From positions 248,001 to 312,000 of the IMG/VR virus record IMGVR_UViG_3300049793_000366: a stretch of DNA of 64,000 bases. The stretch is one strand, 5' to 3'. The notes beneath the pieces are model-generated. The model ran no database searches. It saw only the letters and a program-made list of their open reading frames with translations, and was not told where the DNA came from. Below, in pieces: positions 46,745 through 57,100 of the stretch (positions are counted from its first letter, which is position 1; every line of letters begins with the position of its first letter). Both the position numbers and the translations under genes were made by a program.

Positions 46745-47792
46745 ACAATTAAAGCTTGAAATACCTGATGATAGCATAAGACAAACATATCTTATGATGT
46801 TACTATCAAAATCATCCGGTAGTGATTCATTTAAAGGTGTTACTGATTCAGTATTGTTATCAATGGAAGATATGTTCAAAGATAAAGATGGTATATTCAA
46901 TGATATGTATAATGATATACTAAGAGAAAAGCAATCACGTAGAAATAATAAGTTAGAAAGTCTAAATTTAAAGAGTATGAAAAGATTTGAATTCAACGCA
47001 AACAATATGGTTGATGCTTCTCATTATATTTATAACCGAGCTATTCAGTTATTGAAATATGGTGTTAAACTAAAGTCTATGGACGAAGTTGGCTTCGGTG
47101 TTGATGCTACATTCATCTATAATGGTGAAGAATATCATGGTATATACATACTCGAAGAATTCAGAGGTAAAAAGCTCTATGATTCTTATGTCAAAACAAA
47201 TGACTATAAAGTAATCACACATATCGATTGTCAGATAGAAGATTATTTGAAGAAACATAATATTGAATATGTTTGTTTAGGTGAATTTGAACAAACACCG
47301 GAGTATAAATGGATGCAAAGTATTTATGGTGATGATAGAGCTAAACGTTCTGATGTTTACTTTATGAATCATGTAGATGAAGGTCTTGCTGTATTAGAAT
47401 GGATTGGTGCCTCTGATGTTGCGAAAAGAGCATATACTCTTCATCCTATTTTTCAATCTGATGAAGACTTGAAGAATAATTACAATGCTGATTATAAGGA
47501 TATAGATGCTAAAGTAATTGTTGCTTCAATGGAATATCGTTCTGTTGCTAATGAATATTTATCAACCAGAAGCATCAATGATATATCAGAGATTAGACTA
47601 TCACCATTGAAAGATGTGAATGATATGTTAATTGCTGATAAGGTTCAGAATTACAAAGACTTCGAACAATATCACATGGGTAAACACATTCGTTCTATTG
47701 AATTGAATGAATATTTTATCAATTGGTTAATGAAATTAGGCGTAAGAATGAATTACGAAAAATGGAAAAGAGACTTACAAATAAAATTCTAA
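46722..47792 (+). CDS. Fusion of an R-tagged 85-aa module, a GNAT-like segment and a SpoT/Mesh1-like HD-fold domain
   Basis: RRNNKLESL; IYILEEFRGKKL; RAKRS..YFMNH, AYTLHP, LIADKVQN. Confidence 0.55.
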   Translation: MDTARILKQLKLEIPDDSIRQTYLMMLLSKSSGSDSFKGVTDSVLLSMEDMFKDKDGIFNDMYNDILREKQSRRNNKLESLNLKSMKRFEFNANNMVDASHYIYNRAIQLLKYGVKLKSMDEVGFGVDATFIYNGEEYHGIYILEEFRGKKLYDSYVKTNDYKVITHIDCQIEDYLKKHNIEYVCLGEFEQTPEYKWMQSIYGDDRAKRSDVYFMNHVDEGLAVLEWIGASDVAKRAYTLHPIFQSDEDLKNNYNADYKDIDAKVIVASMEYRSVANEYLSTRSINDISEIRLSPLKDVNDMLIADKVQNYKDFEQYHMGKHIRSIELNEYFINWLMKLGVRMNYEKWKRDLQIKF

Positions 47793-48127
47793 AAAAGAAT
47801 TTAGAAATACATATTTTAGAATCAGAGATTGCCTTTTCATATATGCTACGTAAGAGAGAAGCATATGAAAGAGGTTCTGATGTTGATCCATTTCAAGTAT
47901 TTACTTATAATGAAATTATAACTAAGTTAGATAGACCATTGTGTGTAATGAAGAATGCAATGCAATTGGACTTAGAAGATGATAAAAATTATAGTAATAC
48001 TTTTTCATATATCTGTATGTCAATGTCTGAGAGGGGTAATAATGAATTTAAAGCAAATGATTTTAAGAGTTATAGAGATAGTTATATAAGAGAAAATAAA
48101 ATAGAAAGCATATTAAATGATATCTGA
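47762..48127 (+). CDS. Hypothetical protein with C-terminal R-tag (IRENKIESIL)
   Basis: ORF; start uncertain. Confidence 0.65.
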   Translation: MEKRLTNKILKKNLEIHILESEIAFSYMLRKREAYERGSDVDPFQVFTYNEIITKLDRPLCVMKNAMQLDLEDDKNYSNTFSYICMSMSERGNNEFKANDFKSYRDSYIRENKIESILNDI

Positions 48128-48545
48128 AATTAAAGACATACTTAAAGAGGGTAAGATAGAAACGTTGGAACAATTTAAGCCCATATTTATGGGATTTGCT
48201 GATGTCACTTATTCATATTGTGGTTATATAAGAACATCTGTTTATGTAAAGGCAAAAGAAGCTGGTGAGTTAGAATATTATAAAGAGAAATCAAATCAAT
48301 GGGAAGTGTTTATGCGAGGTCATGTTGATTTGTTTATTGATATGTATGAGCAAGACCGTTATATGTCAGTTTATAACAATAGTAATCTAGAAATGTTATT
48401 TAATCAAGTGGGTACAGTATGGCAAAATGTATCACAACTATCAGAAGAAGCTAACTACCGATTGGATCTTAATTTACTCACTTTTATGAATTATTACAGA
48501 GATTTAATCAGAGTGGATAAGCTTAATAATTTATTAAAAGAATAG
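48117..48545 (+). CDS. Hypothetical protein with C-terminal R-tag (IRVDKLNNLL)
   Basis: ORF; motif. Confidence 0.7.
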   Translation: MISEIKDILKEGKIETLEQFKPIFMGFADVTYSYCGYIRTSVYVKAKEAGELEYYKEKSNQWEVFMRGHVDLFIDMYEQDRYMSVYNNSNLEMLFNQVGTVWQNVSQLSEEANYRLDLNLLTFMNYYRDLIRVDKLNNLLKE

Positions 48546-48547
48546 TA

Positions 48548-48573
48548 GAACTTTCATCCCAATAGCTATATAA
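48548..48573 (+). promoter_or_regulatory. Putative middle promoter GAAC-N15-TATATAA
   Basis: Recurring motif. Confidence 0.6.
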
Positions 48574-48596
48574 ATGGATAAATCAAATGTATCCAT

Positions 48597-49160
48597 ATGA
48601 ATATAGTTTTAATTGGGAAACCAGGTTCCGGTAAGGGAACAGCTTGTAAGCAGATAGCAGATGAATTCGGTCATACAGTTGTAGTAGCTGGTGATTTATT
48701 AAGAACTGAGAGAGCATCTGGTTCTAAACTGGGAAAGAGAATACAATCTATAATTGATAGAGGTAACTTAGTTCCGAACGACATGATTAATGAAATCATG
48801 GAACAAGAATTCAAAAAAGAATCTAACAATCCAAACTTTTTAATTGATGGTTACCCAAGAACTGTTATGCAAGCAATTTCGCTTGACCAAATGGTTAAGG
48901 TTGACTTAGTACTTTACTTCGATGTTGCGGATGATATAATTCTTAAACGAATTGAAGAGCGTGGTAAAGTATCTGGTAGAGCAGACGACCAGGACATCGA
49001 AATAACCAAACAACGTTTATCAAATTATTATACTGAGACTTACCCAGCAGTTGAATATTACAAAAAGCAAAATAAGCTTAAAACTCTTGATGCTTCGAAA
49101 TCGGCAGAAGATGTTTATGTTGATATACTTGATATATTAGGTCAAGTTGAAAAAAATTAG
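48597..49160 (+). CDS. adk: Adenylate kinase (short LID)
   Basis: GKPGSGKGT, GDLLR, G.LVP, IDGYPRT..QA, GRADD. Confidence 0.95.
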   Translation: MNIVLIGKPGSGKGTACKQIADEFGHTVVVAGDLLRTERASGSKLGKRIQSIIDRGNLVPNDMINEIMEQEFKKESNNPNFLIDGYPRTVMQAISLDQMVKVDLVLYFDVADDIILKRIEERGKVSGRADDQDIEITKQRLSNYYTETYPAVEYYKKQNKLKTLDASKSAEDVYVDILDILGQVEKN

Positions 49161-49169
49161 TATATTAGT

Positions 49170-49619
49170 GTGGGATTTAACAAACGGTTCGTGAATAAAG
49201 AAACAATATTAATAGCATTAAAAGAAGAAGGAGTAAAGGGACTTATACAAGTACTTAATGCTGATGCTTTGATAACCGATGAGTGGGCAAGTCTATTCAT
49301 TGATGATTACTCAAAAAACACGAAGGGGTTTTTAAAAGCAAGAACATTAATAGAATCTGAAACTAAATTCTCATCAACGCATAGTGTTATCTATGGTCAC
49401 AAGTGTTGGAATGATATTGAATCACCAGCTTGTTTATTGGTTATGATGTACACTGACCCAAGCTGGACAGAAGTACTTAAATCTATCGAAATGTTTAACC
49501 CAATTATAGATAAAGATGATGTTGGTAAATTCGACAGATTAAAAGTCAAAGCAATCAAATCTGCAACTCAGTACTTCGATTTAAAAGTAAGAACTGAGAA
49601 TTTAGAAAAACTTATTTAA
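49170..49619 (+). CDS. Hypothetical protein with C-terminal R-tag (VRTENLEKLI)
   Basis: GTG start; motif. Confidence 0.7.
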   Translation: MGFNKRFVNKETILIALKEEGVKGLIQVLNADALITDEWASLFIDDYSKNTKGFLKARTLIESETKFSSTHSVIYGHKCWNDIESPACLLVMMYTDPSWTEVLKSIEMFNPIIDKDDVGKFDRLKVKAIKSATQYFDLKVRTENLEKLI

Positions 49620-49651
49620 AAATAGAGGCTGGTATATTGAATATATAATTA

Positions 49652-50374
49652 ATGGATTTTTCTGTTAATTATTACCTAGTGTTGGGTGTCTCCAATAAAT
49701 CTACGGATAAAGAAATAAAGCTTGCTTATTACGATAAGTCAAAGACGCTTCACCCAGATAAAGGTGGGGATCCGGAAGAGTTTAAAAAAGTAGCTGAAGC
49801 CTACAAAGTATTATCTTCAAAAGAAGGTCGATTAGAATATAATAAGAAATCAAAATTCGGAAGTGATTACGAAGAATTGTGGGACTTATTAAACTTCGAG
49901 TTCTCAAACATCAACAAAGTTTACGATAAGGATGGATTAGATAAATTCAAGAAGAACGAAATTCTTGATATTGTCTATACAATCGATGATACCTTCAATG
50001 GTAACATAGAATATGAGCGTTGGATTACTTGTAAAACGTGCAATGGTTCTGGTGGTGTCGAAGGTAAGTTCGCGATTAAAGATGCGTCAGGTAAAGTTAT
50101 AACCAATTTACAGACAGGTGATGAATGTGACTTCTGTGAAGGTTCTGGTAAACAAATGTGGGATGGTCAAGAGTGTTCATATTGTAATGGTAAGGGTAAA
50201 TTCAGCTCTGTCGCTTGTAGTTCGTGTAATGGCCAGAAAAGAATTCTATTTAAAGAGCGATTTAAAATATCACCCAATAAGATAAGTTCGGACAAATTTA
50301 GGGTGGATTTCCGAGGAAATCAGTCTAAAGATGGTAAAATAGGTCACCTTTGGTTGGTTAAGAAGAAACTTTAA
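49652..50374 (+). CDS. DnaJ-like co-chaperone (J domain and zinc fingers)
   Basis: LHPDKGG; four CxxCxGx repeats; AATATATA at 49640-49647. Confidence 0.9.
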   Translation: MDFSVNYYLVLGVSNKSTDKEIKLAYYDKSKTLHPDKGGDPEEFKKVAEAYKVLSSKEGRLEYNKKSKFGSDYEELWDLLNFEFSNINKVYDKDGLDKFKKNEILDIVYTIDDTFNGNIEYERWITCKTCNGSGGVEGKFAIKDASGKVITNLQTGDECDFCEGSGKQMWDGQECSYCNGKGKFSSVACSSCNGQKRILFKERFKISPNKISSDKFRVDFRGNQSKDGKIGHLWLVKKKL

Positions 50375-50426
50375 TTGACTGATAATCAGCATTTTAGCAA
50401 TTATTTTTAATTTTAGGACGAAAAAA

Positions 50427-50458
50427 TTTGGTAATCCGAGTATTTCATCCTATATTTG
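50427..50458 (+). promoter_or_regulatory. Early promoter TTTG-N20-TATATTTG
   Basis: Perfect consensus. Confidence 0.85.
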
Positions 50459-50492
50459 TATTATAAATTAATAATAACTTAAATCAACTACT

Positions 50493-51065
50493 ATGAAAAT
50501 GCTAAAAAGTCTACTTATCGTTTTAATGACAGTTTTAACTGTTAATTCATTCTCTCAGACTGTTCATACTTTTAACTATACCGACAATGGTATGACTTTC
50601 ACTTGTAATTCCGGTGATACCGTATTATTCTATAATAATAGTGGTGTTAATGTGTATGCAATATCTGTTGATGGTGGTTCTCCTATAACTGGTGTGACCT
50701 CGAATGGTTCATTTGCTACTTATAAGTATGTAGTTCCAGTAACAGCATCAATGACTCACACGTTAGTAATGGCTACCGCTGGTGGTAATAGCACATCATA
50801 TTGGAATGTCACTTCTATTACAACGGGTATTAGTTCACATAGTTCTCTTGAAACTAATATTAGAGTGTTCCCTAATCCTGTTATTGACTTCTTAAATATA
50901 ACAACTCCTATTGACGCTACTCTTAAATTATACAATATCAATGGTCAATTAGTTATGACTGAGAAAGTAACAGAGGGTGATAATAAAATTTTTGTTGAAA
51001 ATTTAGCATCTGGTATCTATATCGCTACGGTGAATAGTAAAGTTGTTAAGTTAGTCAAGCCGTAA
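50493..51065 (+). CDS. Secreted protein with T9SS type-A C-terminal sorting domain
   Basis: Signal peptide ending SFS-Q; VFPNPV..FLNI...LYNINGQLV...LASGIYI...KLVK. Confidence 0.9.
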   Translation: MKMLKSLLIVLMTVLTVNSFSQTVHTFNYTDNGMTFTCNSGDTVLFYNNSGVNVYAISVDGGSPITGVTSNGSFATYKYVVPVTASMTHTLVMATAGGNSTSYWNVTSITTGISSHSSLETNIRVFPNPVIDFLNITTPIDATLKLYNINGQLVMTEKVTEGDNKIFVENLASGIYIATVNSKVVKLVKP

Positions 51066-51093
51066 TGAGTGTGTGTATCGTGTATGTCAAAGA

Positions 51094-51124
51094 CAAAAAA
51101 GGGAGATAATATCTCCCTTTTTTG
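51094..51124. terminator. Bidirectional intrinsic terminator
   Basis: CAAAAAAGGGAGAT-AAT-ATCTCCCTTTTTTG between convergent genes. Confidence 0.9.
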
Positions 51125-51130
51125 TTTCTG

Positions 51131-54100
51131 TTATTCTGGTATTATGAAAACTGCTATCTCTATTTCTACATCTATTGGATTGAAACCACCACCACTTCCT
51201 GGTGCTGATACTATCGAGTCAGTACTTAATACGACATTATCAATGAATGAGAAGTTCTGGTTAGTATAATCAATATATGGAGCTACCGCAGTGTATGGTA
51301 TCTGTAAACCATAGTTAATATTAGATGCTGTCGCATTCGTATATTTATAGAACGGTATCATGTCTACCTCATAGAACTTTAGATTATCTAATACAGCAGA
51401 GAAAGATCCACCGATGTACATATCCATATCAACTCTATTATAGAAATATTCCATTTTTTTCATTGTTGGATCTGGATTACTTCTCACTGGATTATGCTGA
51501 TACATATACGCACCATCTATATCAGCATTGAAGTATAAATTTTCCAATGGACCTATTGGTATTACAACTTCAAATCCTAATATTATAATGGTTATAAATT
51601 CAACTCTATTACCATACATATCACCACCATATATTCCAGCAGTACCAGACCAAGTATAACTATCAAACTCAACCATTGTGTATCTACCAATTTCTAAACT
51701 ATCCAATATAGAATCATGTGTTAGTATTGCTAAGTTACTCTCATCAGTTGAGAAAGATACTCCTTTTGGTTTTGTATTATTTGGATATCCATCCATTATG
51801 AATAATGCTGGTTCGCTAATACCATCCACTAACGATGGATTAGTTACATCTTGATATAATGCCTTACTAAGAGTACCATAAACATTAGATACTGTCCAAC
51901 CATACGTGTAGATGTTTGGTCTGTTGAATTTGGAAGCTCTATCAATAAAATCGACATATGTATTATACTTATAACCTAAATTATAATCTCTAAATGTGAG
52001 TGAATTACTATCACGCATATTAGATACTGATTCTAAAATATCACTTGTAATTAAACCTTGATAGTTTGTTCTAGTATATTCATTACCACTATCATCTAAT
52101 ATAATTTGGTCAAAGAAAATATTAGATACATACTTAGTATCATAATTGATATCCATCCAAGAATTATATAAATGTGTTGTTGATGTTGTAGCAACGTCCA
52201 TATCTTTGAACTTCATCTTCTGAATAACAGATGTAGAAACAGTTCCAGTTTGAGTAGCTATAAATCTACCACCTTCGAAGCTACCATCTATCCAGTGTGT
52301 CTTATCCATCACTGTTAAGAAAGGGAATCCAGCAAATAACCCTGAATTCCAAATACCAGTAAACTTACCATTTAAGAAAGCACCTGATAACCAAATATTC
52401 TTACTGACATGAATTTTATGACTCTCTGAATCTTTAACAATTTCATGTATAGGGAAATTAACCATTGCTTCAACAGTTAAACTTCTCGATGTTGGATTAG
52501 AAACAATTGTATAGTAACCTCTTATTAGTTTTCTTCTCTCATTAATATCATGTGATGTGACGTTACTAATAGAAACAACATCACCAGCAGTTAAACCACC
52601 GAATGTTGCACCAGTAACAGTAAATTGCCATCTACTGCGTGTTATTTGAATACAGCGAGTAACATCATCTAATTCAATATATGATGATGCAGTAGCGTAT
52701 TGTACACCGCCTATTATGCTTGTAGTATCAACTCTCCATCCATTATTCCAAACACCATTTTCCCAAACACCACCTAAGAATCGGCCATTACCAGCTTTTG
52801 TTCTGATACCTTTACCACTAACTGTTGCTGAGTATGTCCAGCTACCATAGCTTGGTAATGGACCAACTGTACCTACAATTGAACCAGAACCATAAACGAT
52901 TGGTGTGTTCAATATGGTATTATTCAGTGTACTATATGTGCCTGTTGTGTTGAACGCATTCCATAAGTGTAAATTGGTATTTGTTGCCGAAGTATCAATT
53001 TTTACGTAGTTTAATATTTGATGCGCTCTTAATAATAACTCAGTTGTTTCTTTTGAGTATGTTCCAATATTTCCACTGCCGTTTGATACGCTACCAACTA
53101 TATAGTCAGAGCCATACCAGTTACCATTTTTCCATGTACCATCTTTCCACACTATATTCCTTGCGAAACCATACCACCAAACACCATCTTTCCAGAAAGC
53201 ACCAGACATTGTACCATTTTTCCATAAACCATTCTCCCAACATGAATATGCGAATTCACCATCATTCCATATACCGTTATTCCAGTAACAAGATTGTGTA
53301 CCATATTCAAATGTACTCATTGTAGCATTGTTAGCTTTATATGAGTAACCATCAGAACCTAAGTATGTATCTACACGATAGTCAGTTCTTGACAACGGTG
53401 TTGGTAGTAAACCACCCGCTGTACCGTAAATATAATTTAAACTCAATGGGCGAAGAACAAACGGATTGAAATAACCATTTGTCCATGTACCATTCTTCCA
53501 AACACCATTCATCCACATAGAGTTAGTGAACTCAGCATTAGAGTGGTCTACTGTACCATTTATCCATTTGACATTTTCGAATAAAACTTTGTTGTTATTC
53601 TTAACTTCATCCTTACGTCTAATTAATGTTGTGAATAATTTCTTATCCTTATTTAATTTTCTTGTATCATCGATTACAGTTCCATTTACCCAAAGACCTC
53701 TGAAAGAAGCAGTAGGATTCAAGAAGAAGTTATTGAATTGTGTCTTACCAGCAACAGCAGAAAAAGTAGCTGCGTTACTTGTAAATGTACCTTTCATAAA
53801 TACACCATTCTTCCAAACTTTACCTTGAAATCTACCATCGTTAAATGAACCATCAGCCCAAGATGAATCAAATACACCATTGTTGAAATTACCATTATGC
53901 CAGTTAGTAATAAAGTTATGTCGAACTTCATCAAATGGTGCATATGTTAATTCACCTTGTGTAATAATCTGTGCGTGGTCGAAGCTATAGCCATCGGCTC
54001 CGAAGTAACCATTATTGAAGTTACCATTCATCCAGAACGCGGCATTTCCTTGAAAATAACCACCATTAAAGTTACCGTTTTTCCAAACAGCGAAATTCTT

Positions 54101-57100
54101 AAATATGGCCCCACTTTCCATAACAGATGAATTACCAAATGGTAAATCAGTTATTACTACTGAATATGTTCCTGTCTTCTGAACACCTGTAATTACAGCC
54201 GCATCATTATATGATGTGTTTAATGAATCAGAGAATTTATTAATGAATATTTTAGATCCGGTTCCGTAAACACCATTATCAACATTTGTAGAATCATTAA
54301 TAAATAATCCTAAATTACCAGACACATAACTTGTGTCAATCCAATAGACTGGTGCTGGTGAATTTCCTTGAAATATACCATCATTAAATTCTCCATTCTC
54401 CCAAATAAATGTATCTAACCACGTAGAACCCAGTGTAGCATTTCTAGCAACACCATTATACCAATGACCAGATAACATAGAATTCTTCTCTATGCTAAAT
54501 CGAGTATCACCGAATTCACCATTATAGTGATTACCAAAATACCAATATGTATTATAAATTTTACCATTTAGCTTATCACCATTATACCAAATACTGTTGT
54601 ACATTTCTCCATTTTCGAATGTACCGTTATGCCATGTATAACCATAAGGAGACTGCATCCAGCTTCTATATAAGACAGGATTTACCGGATTAGTAGTCCA
54701 AGTCCATACGATTGGTTCAAAGTCACCAGTAGCGTTCTGATTCGTTGAGTCAGCGAAAATACCGTTCTTAAATATACCACTATTCCACATAGATTGCTTT
54801 ATCAATCCATTTGTAAATGTACCCTTAACCCAATATGAGTCATAAACTATACCACTTGTAAATGTTGGATAGTCGAATACACAATTGTAGAAAATACCTG
54901 ATTTGATATTGGTATTATTACCAAGTCTTGTTTGCTTGAAGTATGTGCCATTAACTGCATCATAATATTGAGAGTCAACATCAGTTACATCAGATGTGAA
55001 TAAGAAATTAATTACTTTAAGTGTATCAACATTAGTTCTAACAAGTGATGTATCAAAATTATTAAAGTTTCTATTCGCTATCGTAGAGTTTTTGAAGAAT
55101 GTTCTTGCAAATACACCAGACTGTACAGTTGACTTGTTTATTTTTACTTTACTAATACTTAAGAAGTTTGGCATATTCATACCGAAGTAACTACTTATGT
55201 TACTAGGGTTTGTAGTAGCATCATATGTATAGAAGAAGCCTGAGTTAAATCCATAATTAGTTTGGATTAACAATCTTGTGTTATACATAGTATTTAAGTT
55301 AGTAATTGCCTCAGAATCTAAAGCATCTAAATATAAAACTCTCGTTGAGCCAGAGAATGCCATTGTTGTAACAGTATAAGCACCATTCAATGAATATGCT
55401 TGTGTCGTTTCAGACATAGTAGCAGACATAGGATCAGGACTTGAAACTGGAATCCAAACAATATTATCTAAATAAATAACATCACCTGGTGTGAAGTTAT
55501 TATCTAACCAACTCGTATTAAGAGCTGAATATTTTAAATTTATCTGTAATGATTGTGTTGAACCAACTGAAATATCCAATTGATTATTAGCATTCTGACT
55601 AACTTGATAGTTGTAGTTATTAATTAAGTTACCATACTCCCATGTTGAGTTATCCATGTAGCCAGATTCATACTCAGCATCAATAATATATGGTGTTTCA
55701 ATTACATCAAGTCTATTGAATTTCAATACCCAATCATACCACTGTTTAGCAGTAGTAATTGATGCTATGAATCCTGGGAAATTATATTCCATAGTGATAT
55801 CCAATGACGGCTTCTCTATGTCAGCAACCTGTGTTGTAATTGGTAATACAAGTCCTATTCCAAAGAATGTGAAGTACGCAAATGTAGTTTCATCTCTCAC
55901 TGTGTTTTCAGCCGCAGTTTTAACAACGCAGTTAATTTCACCAGCCATTGAAGCACCACTGAACATTTTTATTTCTTCGTTGTACTTATTTAAGTAAAAT
56001 ACATTTTCGAACTTATCGAATGTTGCATCCTTGTCAAATTTAATACCCTTTAAATAGAAAGATTCAAGGTTTGATAATTTATGAATATCTGTTTCATTGA
56101 TGTATAGCTTATATCGAACTGTTTGCTTACCGTCTATCGTTGTGTAAAAGAATTTACTAATATCAGTTATAACAATAGATGAATCGGCTTTGAATTTTGA
56201 ATTAGATAAAACTGATTTAGAAATATGTGAATTCAAAACACTTGAATTTGAAAACTTACCTTCTAATACATTAGTTGATTGAACCTTTACGTTTGAATAG
56301 TTACCATTGTAAATAAATGAATCAGCTATTTTACCACTTTTGATAGTAACATCAGTTGAGAATGTAGTTCCTGTTATATAATTTGGTACAGCAGAAGCAG
56401 TGTATGATAATTTACCCAACTGTGCGTTAATGAAGTTACCATTAGTAACTACACTTGATTGTATAGAACAGTCAAGGAAATAATTATAACCATTCCCTCT
56501 ATTATTTGATTTATCTGTTGTTTGTTTTGCTAATCCATTATCAATAGTTGAATAGTAGGAGTCCTGTACAATAGAATCTGATAATGATTGAATATCACCT
56601 GATATCCAGTTAGTATTAACAGCAACACCAGATTGCCAAAGACTCTTTTCGTTTTTCTTCCAATTAATTCTATTATCATATGAACCATATACACCATCTG
56701 ACCAAGAACCATTAAATTCACCTCTTCTGAAATTTGATTTGGATATTATTGCTTCTCTGTATGTATGATTAACCTTCCATGTCGCAGTAGGTGAATCAAA
56801 TTCATATACAAACGATGTTTTATAATCAGTAGCATTACCACTACCATTGATATGCGTAAAATCATTACCCATAACAACTACGTTACCAGATTGACTTGCT
56901 GAAACATATGTATTGATATTATTAATATCGTATATGTTAGTCATATTAAACCAAGAGTATGTTCCTGGTGTAGGCTCATTCAATACATAAAATCCAACAC
57001 CTACGTTTCCGAATATTGTTGAGTATGTACCATTTGAGTATAAGATGTTATCTAATCCAATTTCAAATCTGTATTGTTCAGTTGATGTTGAATTTACTCT

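Noticed and set aside
50379-50389. Short palindrome CTGATAATCAG upstream of the T9SS cassette, possible operator or recombination site
   Set aside because: A single 11-bp occurrence with no partner site or recombinase seen.
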